Source: a bacterium
GTDB taxonomy: Bacteria; Sysuimicrobiota; Sysuimicrobiia; Sysuimicrobiales; Humicultoraceae
Assembly (NCBI GenBank): GCA_041497675.1
Contig: JBGQGY010000017.1
Location: 1 to 40,774, forward strand
Reading direction: 5' to 3'
DNA length: 40,774 nucleotides
The notes under the pieces were generated by a model, which ran no database searches, was not told the DNA's origin, and worked only from the letters and a program-made list of their open reading frames with translations. Position 1 is the stretch's first letter; every line of letters begins with the position of its first letter. A program made the position numbers and the translations under genes. Positions 26,632 to 36,272 of this stretch are shown here, in pieces.

Positions 26632-26644
26632 GAGCCGCCAAGGC

Positions 26645-26968
26645 CTACCGCACCGCCTGAAGAATCCACAACAGCGCCATCCCGACGCCGATCGTCAGAA
26701 ACACGCTCTTGGTACGCCACGCGACCAGTGACGCGGCCACACCGGCCACCAGCCGGGGATTGGCGAGCGAGAGGCTCAGCACACCGCCGGGTCGCAGCAG
26801 TTCTGGGACAACGAAGGCGGTAAGCACCGACGCCGGCACGAAGCGCAGGGCGATTCGCACGAGATGGGGGACCTCGAGACGGCCAAGCACGATGATCATC
26901 GAGAGACGGAGCGCGAAGGTCAGCACCCCCATCGCGACGATCACGAGCCACAGCGCGGTGAGGGTCAT
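26645..26968 (-). CDS. azlD: AzlD-family branched-chain amino acid exporter small subunit
   Basis: TFALR, LRFVPASVLTAFVVP, NPRL.AG, TIGVGM; ATGA overlap with azlC. Confidence 0.88.
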   Translation of the reverse strand: MTLTALWLVIVAMGVLTFALRLSMIIVLGRLEVPHLVRIALRFVPASVLTAFVVPELLRPGGVLSLSLANPRLVAGVAASLVAWRTKSVFLTIGVGMALLWILQAVR

Positions 26969-27651
26969 CGTTCCGCCGCGAGCCCGGCGGCGATGCCGGC
27001 GAGCATGGCGAGCAACAGACCGAGTTTGAGCGGGGCGCCGACGGCGAACACGGCCACGAGTCCCGCGACCGCCGCCGAGACGAGCGCCGCGCGGTCTGTG
27101 ATCACCGATGCTAACAACCCGATAAACGTCAGCGGAAGCGTGAAGTCCAAACCCCAGGTTGGAGGCACCCGTGCCCCAAAAAAGATGCCGACGGCCGTGC
27201 TCGTCTGCCAGAGGGTCCACAGCAGCACCCCGGAGCCCAGCACGTACCAGTGCCCGGTGAGCGACGCCCCGCTGCGCTGGTAGCGGCTGATCCCCAGCGC
27301 GTACACTTCGTCGACCATCAGATAGGCCAGCACGCACTTCCAGACGGGCCGAAGCGGTTTCAGATGCGGCGCCAGCGAGGCGCCGTAGAGGACGTGGCGC
27401 GAGTTGATGATGGCCGTCGTCAACAGCACCACGCCCCACGGCGCGCCGCCGCCAAGCAACTGCGTGGCCAGAAACTGTGCGGCGCCGGCGAAGACGAACA
27501 GCGACATGCCTTGCGCCGCGGCCGCGGGAATCCCGGCACCGCTCGCGACGACACCGTAGATCATGCCGAACGGCGCGACGCCGATGAGCAGCGGCAGCAC
27601 CGCCTTGATACCGGCCGCGAACTCGCGGCCCGGCGTGGGTGTGGCGAGCAT
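26965..27651 (-). CDS. azlC: AzlC-family branched-chain amino acid exporter large subunit
   Basis: PFGMIYG, MS..VFAGAAQF, INSRHVLYG, DEVYA, GLDF..P..F; SD GGAGG. Confidence 0.9.
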   Translation of the reverse strand: MLATPTPGREFAAGIKAVLPLLIGVAPFGMIYGVVASGAGIPAAAAQGMSLFVFAGAAQFLATQLLGGGAPWGVVLLTTAIINSRHVLYGASLAPHLKPLRPVWKCVLAYLMVDEVYALGISRYQRSGASLTGHWYVLGSGVLLWTLWQTSTAVGIFFGARVPPTWGLDFTLPLTFIGLLASVITDRAALVSAAVAGLVAVFAVGAPLKLGLLLAMLAGIAAGLAAER

Positions 27652-27760
27652 TGTGCCTCCTGGGAGACGTGATGAGCGCGCGAATTGACGAACGGCTACG
27701 ACAGGGGGCGCGGCCTTCCTGCAGGAACGCGTCGCCGGGGCCGCCGAAGTCGGCGACACG

Positions 27761-28657
27761 ATGCGTGTGGTGATCGCCGGGGCTTCGGGACTCATCGGGC
27801 GTCAACTCGCGCCGGCGCTGCGTGCCGCGGGCATGGACGTGCGGCGGCTGGTCAGACGCGCCGCGTCGGGGCAGGATGAAATCGCGTGGGATCCGGCGCG
27901 CGGCCGGCTCGATGCTCAGGCGCTCGCCGGCACCGACGGTGTGATCAACCTTGCGGGCCGCAGCCTCCTCGGCCGGTGGACCGCGGGCGTCAAAGCCGAC
28001 ATCGTGAATAGCCGCGTCCAGGCCACGCGCCTGCTTGTCGACGCCATCGCGGGAATGCCGGCGCGTCCCACGGTGTTCGTGTCGACGTCGGCGGTCGGCT
28101 ACTACGGTAGCCGGGGAGACGAAGTGCTCACCGAAACCTCGTCAGCCGGGACCGGCTTTCTCGCAGAACTCACGAAGGTGTGGGAGGGGGAGGCGCGCCG
28201 CGCCGCCGATCTGGGGGTGCGCGTCGTGTGCCCGCGCTTCGGGCTCGTGCTGGCCCGCAGCGGCGGTGCGTTGGGGCCGATGATACCGTTGTTCCGTGTG
28301 GGTCTCGGCGGGCCGATTGGCGGCGGCGGTCATTGGTGGTCGTGGGTCCATATTGATGATGTCAGCGCTGCGATCGTTGCGGCGCTGACGTCATCTGCTC
28401 TGGAAGGTCCCGTCAACGTGGTGGGACCCGCGCCCGTGACGAACCGTGAATTCTCGCGAACCCTCGGCCTGGTCCTCCACCGCCCGGCGATTCTACCCGC
28501 CCCCGCGTTTGCCGTCCGTTTCGTGCTCGGCGAGGTCGCCGATGAGATGATCCTCAGCAGCCAGCGGGTGTTGCCAGCACTGCTGCAGGCGCACGGGTTC
28601 GTGTTTCGCTGGCAAGAACTTTCCGCGGCGCTGGAGAATCTGGTCACGTCCTCATGA
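27761..28657 (+). CDS. TIGR01777 / YfcH-family NAD-dependent epimerase-like protein
   Basis: GASGLIG, VINLAG, RW, SR, SAVGYYG, GFLAE....WE, R.G.VL, SWVHIDD, GPVN, SQRV.P. Confidence 0.92.
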   Translation: MRVVIAGASGLIGRQLAPALRAAGMDVRRLVRRAASGQDEIAWDPARGRLDAQALAGTDGVINLAGRSLLGRWTAGVKADIVNSRVQATRLLVDAIAGMPARPTVFVSTSAVGYYGSRGDEVLTETSSAGTGFLAELTKVWEGEARRAADLGVRVVCPRFGLVLARSGGALGPMIPLFRVGLGGPIGGGGHWWSWVHIDDVSAAIVAALTSSALEGPVNVVGPAPVTNREFSRTLGLVLHRPAILPAPAFAVRFVLGEVADEMILSSQRVLPALLQAHGFVFRWQELSAALENLVTSS

Positions 28658-28679
28658 AGGGGACGAGGAGGAGGCGAGC

Positions 28680-29162
28680 GTGCTCAACGTCGGCGATCGG
28701 GCCCCAGACTTCACGGCAAGCACCGACACCAGGACGACCGTATCGCTCAAGGATTTCCGAGGGAAAAAGGTCGTGCTCTACTTCTATCCCAAGGACGATA
28801 CCGCCGGGTGTACCCGAGAGGCGTGCGGCTTCCGCGATCATTACGAGGCCGTGACCGGACTGGGCGCCGTCATCCTGGGCGTCAGTGCCGACGACGTGGA
28901 TTCCCACGCCGCCTTCAAGCACAAGTACGCGCTCCCGTTCCCGCTCCTGGCCGACCCCGACAAGGCGATCATCACCGCGTACGGGGTCTGGAAGGAACGC
29001 ACCGCCTCCGACGGTCGGACCTTTATGGGCATCGAGCGCACCACGGTCATCATCGACGAGCGCGGCGTCATCTCGAAGATCTTCCCAAAGGTCAAGGTGG
29101 ACGGGCACACCGACGAGGTGCTCGCCGCCCTGGCCGAGCCCGCGTCTACGGCGCGATCGTAA
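28680..29162 (+). CDS. bcp: Thioredoxin-dependent peroxiredoxin, BCP/PrxQ
   Basis: VLYFYPKDDTAGCTREACGFRD (PxxxTxxC with resolving Cys), GIERTT. Confidence 0.93.
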   Translation: MLNVGDRAPDFTASTDTRTTVSLKDFRGKKVVLYFYPKDDTAGCTREACGFRDHYEAVTGLGAVILGVSADDVDSHAAFKHKYALPFPLLADPDKAIITAYGVWKERTASDGRTFMGIERTTVIIDERGVISKIFPKVKVDGHTDEVLAALAEPASTARS

Positions 29163-30654
29163 TCCGGCCCTCCACGCGCGGGGCGATCGTCTGCGCCCGC
29201 TTGATCGCCTCGGCGACGACCGTAGTGATCACCGGGCCGCCCATCGCGTCGACGATGACCTCCGCGCTTCTGATCATCGTGTAGCCGTCGCCGCCGTCGC
29301 GCATGAAGTCATTGGTCGCGAGCGTGTAGGTCGCGGTCGGGTCGAGCGGCCGGCCGCCGACCGTGACCGATGCGACGCGCGATCCGGCCGGGCGCGCCGG
29401 GCTGAACACAAACGAGAGACCGGATACCTGCGGGAACCGTCCCCCCTGGTTTTCGACCTGGCTCACGCCGTTCTCCAACGCCGCCCGCACCGCCGCCCCT
29501 GATATCCGCACTTTCACCACGGTGTTGTTGAAGGGCAGCCACCCCAATACGTCGCGGAGCTTGATCTCACCCGCCGGAAACAACGCATTGGATCGAATGC
29601 CGCCGCCGTTGGTGATCGCGATGTCGGCGTCGACGGCCTGCCGCATGATGTCGGCAATCAGGTTGCCCAGCGCCGCCTCGCCGGCGCGGACCGCGGCGCC
29701 CCGAGCGTCGAGCGGAATCGACGTGCGGCCGATGACGACGTCCAGTTCGCGGCTCATGCGGTCGGTGTAGCGTTTGACGAGCGCGCCGACATCAGGATCG
29801 GACGGCGTCGCCGACGTGATCGGGACGAGCTCGTCCTTGATCCCAGTGACACGGCCGTCGGTGGTCACCTGCACGCGCACGATGCCCAGCCACCTGGCAT
29901 CCGACCCGGCCTTCGCGACGACCGACGTGCCGATGGTCGCACGCATGGGATCGTGGTCGTGCCCGCCGATGATCAGGTGAATGCCCGGCACCCCGCGGAG
30001 GATCTGGACGTCTTCGGCCATGTCCAGATGTGTGATGCCGACGATGATCTTGGCACCCCGCTGCTGCAAGATCGGTACGATGGCCCGGGCCGTCCCGAGC
30101 TCATCGGCGAAGAGGATGTCGGGGCCCGGGCGCGAGGCGGCCGGGGTGCTCGCGGTCAGCAACCCAAAGTAGCCTACGGGAATCCCGCGCACGGTCTTGA
30201 TCAACGCAAACTCAATGCGCGGCAGGCGGGCCCAACCCCGCCCGTAGACGTTGGTCGCGATCCAGGGGAAGCGAGACTGTGCGAGCCGCAGCTGCAGCTC
30301 GTCGGGCCCCCGGTCGAACTCATGATTGCCCAGCGTTGCGGCGTCGATGCCCAACGCGTTCGCGCCGTCGATCATCTGTGCCCCGCGGAAGACCGACGAC
30401 TCGAGTGACGGCGACACTAAGTCCCCGGCAAACAGCAACTGCGCCTCGGGATCCTGCGCGCGCGTCTGCTTGGAGAGGTAGGCCAGCCGGTCCAATCCGC
30501 CGGTGCGTCCTCCGTCGACCGGTCCGAGTTGGTAGTCGTCGTTGAAGTGCATGAAGGTGAGTGTGAGCGGTGTCTGGGCGTCGACCGGCCAGGACACCAG
30601 GGCCAGTACGAGCGCGGCCAGCAGCCACCGATACCACGATCGTTGCAGATTCAT
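29146..30654 (-). CDS. Secreted bifunctional metallophosphoesterase / 5'-nucleotidase
   Basis: Signal peptide; HFND, AGD, GNHEFD, TH, GGHDH; C-domain NGGGIR, LPF.N, LENGVS, GRFPQVSG, GGDGY. Confidence 0.92.
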   Translation of the reverse strand: MNLQRSWYRWLLAALVLALVSWPVDAQTPLTLTFMHFNDDYQLGPVDGGRTGGLDRLAYLSKQTRAQDPEAQLLFAGDLVSPSLESSVFRGAQMIDGANALGIDAATLGNHEFDRGPDELQLRLAQSRFPWIATNVYGRGWARLPRIEFALIKTVRGIPVGYFGLLTASTPAASRPGPDILFADELGTARAIVPILQQRGAKIIVGITHLDMAEDVQILRGVPGIHLIIGGHDHDPMRATIGTSVVAKAGSDARWLGIVRVQVTTDGRVTGIKDELVPITSATPSDPDVGALVKRYTDRMSRELDVVIGRTSIPLDARGAAVRAGEAALGNLIADIMRQAVDADIAITNGGGIRSNALFPAGEIKLRDVLGWLPFNNTVVKVRISGAAVRAALENGVSQVENQGGRFPQVSGLSFVFSPARPAGSRVASVTVGGRPLDPTATYTLATNDFMRDGGDGYTMIRSAEVIVDAMGGPVITTVVAEAIKRAQTIAPRVEGRITIAP

Positions 30655-32393
30655 GCGCGCCTCCTCGTTACGGACTCAGCGGTCGCCGACGCCGTCGCCA
30701 GCGCGTGCCGGATGGCGTTCAGATCGCGGGCCGCGCGGACGGCCAGGTGTCTCGCCTCGTCACCTTTCGCGCTCCCCAGCGCCTTGAGCGCCGCCAAGTG
30801 TGGCGGCTCGCGGTGCGCCACCGCGGGGTCATGGTCGAAGCGCCCCCGCTCCGTGTAGTCGATGGGGATCAGCGCGCGGCCGATGGCCATCAGCGCTGCG
30901 TTCACCTGACGCACCGCCCGCCGGTCGGACGACCGGGCGAGCGCCCGGGCCCGCCGGGCTAGTCCCTGCGTGGCGCGCACCAGCCGCGCGGCCTCGGCGA
31001 TCGCCGGGCGCACGTCGAGCGCGCCAGCGGCGGCGCCCTTGCGCAGGTCCTGCAACTGCTTCAACCACATCGTCGCCGTCGCCGTGTAGTCGAGCGGCGC
31101 CACGGGCGAGGTCGCGAACGCATGGACAATCCCCAGGTAGATCTTGCAGTCACGCTCGAGCAACGCCGGATCGATCTTGTCCGGGGTGTCTTCGGTCGTG
31201 TGCCACCACCAGCCGAGCCCGCCGGTGTTGCCGCCGCTGAACACGCTGAAGTCGCGGCTCGCCTCCGGCGAGTCGCCTGCCTGCTCGGAGATGTCCATCA
31301 AGAGCGAGGGGACGCCGACGCCCAGGAATGACTGGTCGCCCATTCGGCCGATGCGTTGTCCCTGAAAGCGGCCACCCGCCAGCGATCGGACCACCGTGTC
31401 CGCGACACCCTGTGTCTCCGGCATCGCGTAGGCATGCCTGTTGATGATCGAGCCCTTCCCGCCTGTGGAATCGACGTTCACGTGCGCGATGCAGTGCGCG
31501 TCCAGGTCGTGCCAGTAATGATCCGCATACCACGTGGATCCCGAGTACCGGCCGTGCGAGTGCCCGGACCAGAACGCGAAGCGGATACCGCGGTACCGGC
31601 GCACCTTGGCCATGGCCCGCGCGATCTCCAGCATCGTCGCATTCGCGGTGCCGTTGTCCATCGCGCCGCGATGCCAGGAGTCGAGGTGCCCCGTGAACAT
31701 GACGAACGTGTCCTCGACGGTGCCGGGGAGATCGGCGACGAGCAACGGCGTCTTTCGCCAGCCGGTGTCGACCGACGCCGTGATACGGAGGCGTGTCTGG
31801 CCTCCGCGCACGGCGGTGCGCAGCGCGTCGGCATCGTGCCCCGCAACGGACACCACCGGAATCCTCGGCATCCGGTCCATCGCTTCGGCCGAAGGACTCC
31901 CCCAGACGGTGGAGACGATCATCTCGTGCACGTACGGGTCGCGGTTGAGGAACACCAGCCCAACCGCGCCGGCGGCCTGCCCAGCCTGCACCCCCGCGGG
32001 GCTGGCGAGACCGTCGAGGACCGCGATGCGTCCGGCGGCCTGCGCCGCGGGGAGATCCGCAGGGGTCGCCGCGTACACGGCCGCGGCTTCGAGTCCACCG
32101 GTGGACGCCGCAAACGAGTGGGTGACGCACGGGACGGCGCGGCTACTGATCCGGCTGTCGCCACCCTGTACGAGCGCAAGCGACGCCGGGCCCGGAAGGC
32201 TGATGAAGGCGTCGTGCATGAGCAACTGCGTCTTGCACCCGGCCGCCCGCAACTGTTTTTGCGTGTATCTGAACGCCTCGAGTTCCTCCGGGGTTCCAGA
32301 CAACCTCACCCACCGAGCGAGCGCCTCGGTGTCGCCCATGAGGCGCTTCGTGCTGACTGTGTCATACGGTGGTGCGAGTGCCTTCCTCGCCAT
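30651..32393 (-). CDS. M28-family peptidase-like protein with PA domain (non-canonical active site)
   Basis: GHLDSW..GA.DN, FWSGHSHGRYSGS, NVDS, DQSF, WWWHT.ED..DKID. Confidence 0.8.
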   Translation of the reverse strand: MARKALAPPYDTVSTKRLMGDTEALARWVRLSGTPEELEAFRYTQKQLRAAGCKTQLLMHDAFISLPGPASLALVQGGDSRISSRAVPCVTHSFAASTGGLEAAAVYAATPADLPAAQAAGRIAVLDGLASPAGVQAGQAAGAVGLVFLNRDPYVHEMIVSTVWGSPSAEAMDRMPRIPVVSVAGHDADALRTAVRGGQTRLRITASVDTGWRKTPLLVADLPGTVEDTFVMFTGHLDSWHRGAMDNGTANATMLEIARAMAKVRRYRGIRFAFWSGHSHGRYSGSTWYADHYWHDLDAHCIAHVNVDSTGGKGSIINRHAYAMPETQGVADTVVRSLAGGRFQGQRIGRMGDQSFLGVGVPSLLMDISEQAGDSPEASRDFSVFSGGNTGGLGWWWHTTEDTPDKIDPALLERDCKIYLGIVHAFATSPVAPLDYTATATMWLKQLQDLRKGAAAGALDVRPAIAEAARLVRATQGLARRARALARSSDRRAVRQVNAALMAIGRALIPIDYTERGRFDHDPAVAHREPPHLAALKALGSAKGDEARHLAVRAARDLNAIRHALATASATAESVTRRRA

Positions 32394-32405
32394 CCTCGTC
32401 CTCCC

Positions 32406-33188
32406 TCAGCCTAGCATCCAGCGTCCGCCGTCCACGCTGATCGTCTGACCCGTGACATACGACGCCTGTTCCGACGCAAAGAAGAGCACCGCGTGCGCGA
32501 TATCTTCAGGTGTCCCGAGGCGTTTGACCGCCAGCGCATTGAAGAACCCCTGTTGACCCGCCTCGCCCATCGCCTCCCACTGTTTGGTTGATGAGGGATT
32601 CGACAGTACGAAGCCAGGTGCCACCGAATTTGCCGTAATCCCGAAGGGACCGAGTTCGCGCGCGATCTGCCGGGTGAACCCGATCAGACCCGCCTTCGCG
32701 CTGGCGTAGGCCTGGATCCCGGTCTGGCTGTAGCTGCGACCGGCGCCGGACGAGATCGTGACGATGCGACCCCAGCCACGCGTCTTCATGGCCGGGGCCA
32801 ACGCGCGGACGAACAGGAAGGCGCCGTCCAGGTTGGCCGCCACGATCCGGCGCCACTCGTCCAGGGTCACACCTTCGATCGGCTTGCCCACCTGCCATTG
32901 GACGCCGCCCGCTGCGTGCACGAACACATCGACTCCACCCGTGCGCCCGATCTCGTCGGCGAGCGCCTGCACCGCGCCGGCGTCCGTGACATCGACAGTT
33001 CGCCCCTCGGCCCGCCCGCCCCCGGACCGGCAGCGGCGGACCGTCTCGGCCAGGTCATCCTCGCGGATGTCGCACGCCCAGACAGTCGCGCCACGGACCG
33101 CAAACGCCTCACAGATTCCCCGGCCGATCCCGTGCGCCGCGCCGGTCACAAGTGCAGTCCGTCCTGAGAAGTTGTACGGCTCAGTCAT
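32406..33188 (-). CDS. Short-chain dehydrogenase/reductase (FabG-like)
   Basis: VTGAAHGIG, WGRIVTISS, YASAK, NSVAPG, GQTISVDGG. Confidence 0.92.
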   Translation of the reverse strand: MTEPYNFSGRTALVTGAAHGIGRGICEAFAVRGATVWACDIREDDLAETVRRCRSGGGRAEGRTVDVTDAGAVQALADEIGRTGGVDVFVHAAGGVQWQVGKPIEGVTLDEWRRIVAANLDGAFLFVRALAPAMKTRGWGRIVTISSGAGRSYSQTGIQAYASAKAGLIGFTRQIARELGPFGITANSVAPGFVLSNPSSTKQWEAMGEAGQQGFFNALAVKRLGTPEDIAHAVLFFASEQASYVTGQTISVDGGRWMLG

Positions 33189-34239
33189 GGCCGCCCGCCG
33201 CCCGCACGGCGCCGTACGTCCGTGCGTTCAGGTCGATCAAGGCGCGCATGTTGTCCCACGACAGCGCACGCGCACCGCTTTCGATCTCGCCGATCATCCG
33301 GCTCACGCTGTCCACCAGCGGGATCCCGATGCCGTGCTTGGCGGCCCGCGCGCGCAACTCCATGGCCACCGTCTCGACTTCGGTCTTGCGCCTGCGCACG
33401 GCAAGGTCGCGCCAGATACCGCTCTTGGCCTTCTTCGATTTGCTGTTGAAGGCCACCAGGGCGTCCAGGCTGGCGTCCACGCGGCCCGGATCGCGGCGCG
33501 GCGGGAAGACGAATGCCTGGGGTTCGAATCCGTCGAACGGCTCGGGCCGCACGCTTTCGGCCTCCGCGAGGGCAAGCACTTCGGCCGCCAGATTGGTGAG
33601 CGCGGGCCGGGCCTCGCGGCTGGCCAGACAATCGGCGATCGTATCATCGGTGAGCGCGGTGGCCTTCAGCATCGCCGCGTAGGCATGCTTGCCCCACAGA
33701 TACCCCCAGATGTTGGACGTGGCCTGCGTGTTGCGGAGGAAGGCCGACTGCAGCGCGGCCACCAGGTCACGCACGCGAGGCGTTACCGCGCCGTCCAACT
33801 CGCCGATGTACAGGGCGCCCGCGCCACCGTACATGATGCGGCCCGGCTCTTGATAGTCGGCGCCGAAGTTGACAAAGGCACCGATCGTACGCTGCCGCCC
33901 CACGATCGCGGCGATCCGTTCTTCGTTGAAGCCGTTCTGCATGGAGACCACGACCCCATCGGGCGGCAGGTGCGGCGCGATCTGCCGGGCCCCGGCGTCG
34001 GTGTGCATCGTCTTAACCGCCAAGAACACCATCCCAAGAGGCCCGCGCATCTCGGCGGGGGTGATGGCCGGGATCTTCACCGTGAAGGTCTCGGCGCCTT
34101 CGATCGTCAGGCCCTGCCTGTTAATGGCGCGTACGTGGTCTTCGACCGAGTCCACCAACAGCACGTCGTGCCCAGCCCGCGCCAGATGTGCCCCCAGCGT
34201 CCCGCCGATGGCTCCTGCGCCAACAACTGTGATCTGCAT
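33181..34239 (-). CDS. Ketopantoate reductase (PanE/ApbA) family oxidoreductase
   Basis: VVGAGAIGG, LAVK, SMQNG, IGELDG, LWGK, S.IWRDL..RR.TE; SD GGAGG 7 nt before ATG 34239. Confidence 0.88.
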   Translation of the reverse strand: MQITVVGAGAIGGTLGAHLARAGHDVLLVDSVEDHVRAINRQGLTIEGAETFTVKIPAITPAEMRGPLGMVFLAVKTMHTDAGARQIAPHLPPDGVVVSMQNGFNEERIAAIVGRQRTIGAFVNFGADYQEPGRIMYGGAGALYIGELDGAVTPRVRDLVAALQSAFLRNTQATSNIWGYLWGKHAYAAMLKATALTDDTIADCLASREARPALTNLAAEVLALAEAESVRPEPFDGFEPQAFVFPPRRDPGRVDASLDALVAFNSKSKKAKSGIWRDLAVRRRKTEVETVAMELRARAAKHGIGIPLVDSVSRMIGEIESGARALSWDNMRALIDLNARTYGAVRAAGGHD

Positions 34240-34252
34240 CAGCATGCCTCCT

Positions 34253-35386
34253 TCATCGTGAAACTCGCACGGGCTGCAGGTCGATCCGGCCCCGCGACCC
34301 GTCTGTTGCGATCTTCGTCTCGTACGGTTCTGACAGGTCGGCCAGGCCGGCCAGGATCCGGGCGGCGTCGGCTCCCACCGCGAGTTCGGGATCGCCCTCG
34401 GCATTCATCATGACCGGCACCAGGTCGATCGTGCGCACGGCGCCTGAGTGACAGGTCACCAGGGCAACGACCGAATCCAGGTTGATCGCCGAACGCAGGC
34501 TGCGCCACGAGTACGGAGGATCCGTCCGCCGCAGTTTCGGAAACCGGCCGGGCGTCACCGAGTGGAAGAGAAAGTTGCCCAGGCTGTAAAAGACGGGCCG
34601 GCCGTTGATCACGTCAATGCCGTGCAGCACGTGGGGATGGTGGCCGACGATGACGTCGGCACCGGCCGCGACCAGGGCTTCCGCGAGCGGCCGCTGGTAG
34701 GTGGCCACCGGATCCTGGAACTGTGCGACCCAGCCGTTGGGTACGCCCCAGTGGATCCCGACCACGCACAGGTCGGCCGCGCGCTTCGCCGCCGTCACCG
34801 CGGCGGCGGCGGCCGCCACATCCTCGGGCCAGCAGCGCGTCTCGACGACCGGCGCGGCGCCAGGCGTCTCGTCGAGGGCGGCGCTGTCGATGACGTAGTT
34901 GGTCGTCACCCGCACCGGCGCCATGCCTGGGCGGTCTTCGGCCGCGCCGCTGCCCACCGGCAACGTCGTCGACAGCCCCACGAAGGCCACACGCACGCCG
35001 CCGGCGGTCAGCACGGCAGGAACCAGCGCCTCGGCGAGGGTGGCACCGGCGCCCACGGCCGCCACCCCGGCCGCGCGGAGGGCATCAAGCGTGTCGTACA
35101 TCCCCTCGACACCGTAGTCGAAGAGATGGTTGTTCGCGACGGTGGCCACATCGATGCCCGCCGCGCGCAGTTCGCGGGCCAGGGCCGGATCGCTGCGGAA
35201 GGCCACGTGCTTGTCCGCCGGCGAGCCCCGCGTGGTGAGCGGACATTCCAGGTTGACAAACACCAGGTCGGCGCCGTGCAGGAGCTCAAAGACGCGCGCG
35301 CTGCCGGGCGAGCGACCGCCGTGGACGATCGCGTGTTCCAGCATCAGGTCGCCCACCAGGGCGATCGTCATCGACTGGCCCATCAT
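34253..35386 (-). CDS. CapA-family metallophosphoesterase (soluble, stand-alone)
   Basis: GDLML, NLECP, ANNH.FDYG, HWG, GADVIVGHHPHV, YSLGNF; no N-terminal TM anchor. Confidence 0.9.
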   Translation of the reverse strand: MMGQSMTIALVGDLMLEHAIVHGGRSPGSARVFELLHGADLVFVNLECPLTTRGSPADKHVAFRSDPALARELRAAGIDVATVANNHLFDYGVEGMYDTLDALRAAGVAAVGAGATLAEALVPAVLTAGGVRVAFVGLSTTLPVGSGAAEDRPGMAPVRVTTNYVIDSAALDETPGAAPVVETRCWPEDVAAAAAAVTAAKRAADLCVVGIHWGVPNGWVAQFQDPVATYQRPLAEALVAAGADVIVGHHPHVLHGIDVINGRPVFYSLGNFLFHSVTPGRFPKLRRTDPPYSWRSLRSAINLDSVVALVTCHSGAVRTIDLVPVMMNAEGDPELAVGADAARILAGLADLSEPYETKIATDGSRGRIDLQPVRVSR

Positions 35387-35423
35387 GTCACCTCGTCTTC
35401 GCCGCCGCGCCGAGTCGATTCGT

Positions 35424-36272
35424 CTAACGCTCGGCCAGGGTCGGGTCGATCGCGTCCCGCAGCCCGTCGCCGAACCAGTTGTAGCACAGCACCGTCACGA
35501 AGATCATGATCCCCGGGAACACCGCCAGATTCGGGACCGTCCGCAGGTAGCCGCGCGCGCCGCTGAGCATGTTGCCCCACGAGGCCGCCGGCGGCTGCAC
35601 GCCCAACCCGAGGAACGACAACGACGACTCCAGCAACACGACGAATGCGACCCCAAGCGTCGCGGCCACCGTAATCGAAGGGATCGACTGTGGGACGATG
35701 TGGCGCGCCACGATCCGCAGCCCGCTGCAGCCGAGGGCGCGGGCGGCGAGGACAAACTCGAGTTCACGCGTACGGAGCACCTCGGCGCGCACCACCCGCG
35801 CGACCGTCATCCACGACGACAGCGCGATGACCGTCACCAGGTTGAGAATCGTGGCGCCCAGCAACGCGAGCGCCATCAACGCGATGAAGAAGAGGGGGAC
35901 GGCCATCATGCCATCGGTGATGCGCATCAGGACGATATCGGTGAACCCGCCCAGGTACCCGGCCAGCGCGCCCACCGTGACACCGAGGACCATCGACACG
36001 ACCATTGACGCGAGCGCGACCGCCAGCGAGACCCGGCCGCCATAGAGCAAACGAGTCAGCACGTCGCGGCCGTATTCGTCGGTCCCGAGCCAGTGCGCGC
36101 GGTCCGGCGGCCGGAAGCGTAAGGTCAGATCTACGAGGTCCGGGTTGTACGGGGCAACGCGGGGAGCGAGCGCCGCGGCGAAGTGAACGCCGATCAGAAT
36201 GACGAGCGCGCCGGTCGCCAGCCGGTTCCGGCGAAAGCGCGAGACGATGCGGGCGCCCGGCGGATTATTCAT
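35424..36272 (-). CDS. Peptide ABC permease, DppC/OppC-like
   Basis: HWLGTDEYGRDVLTRLLYGGRVSL, EFVLAARALG, ESSLSFLGLGVQPP..SWG, GDGLRDAIDP. Confidence 0.93.
   Translation of the reverse strand: MNNPPGARIVSRFRRNRLATGALVILIGVHFAAALAPRVAPYNPDLVDLTLRFRPPDRAHWLGTDEYGRDVLTRLLYGGRVSLAVALASMVVSMVLGVTVGALAGYLGGFTDIVLMRITDGMMAVPLFFIALMALALLGATILNLVTVIALSSWMTVARVVRAEVLRTRELEFVLAARALGCSGLRIVARHIVPQSIPSITVAATLGVAFVVLLESSLSFLGLGVQPPAASWGNMLSGARGYLRTVPNLAVFPGIMIFVTVLCYNWFGDGLRDAIDPTLAER

Noticed and set aside
26632..26640. attR copy of the tRNA-Asp 3' end (GAGCCGCCA vs CTCCCGCCA); also CGTCGCTCCC within cpaB at 18521-18530
   Set aside because: Matches are too short for a GC-rich genome, one lies inside a gene, and no integrase is present.
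34253..35386. Poly-gamma-glutamate capsule locus
   Set aside because: No capB/capC, CapA lacks a membrane anchor, and the GGT at 5.1 kb is unlinked and atypical.
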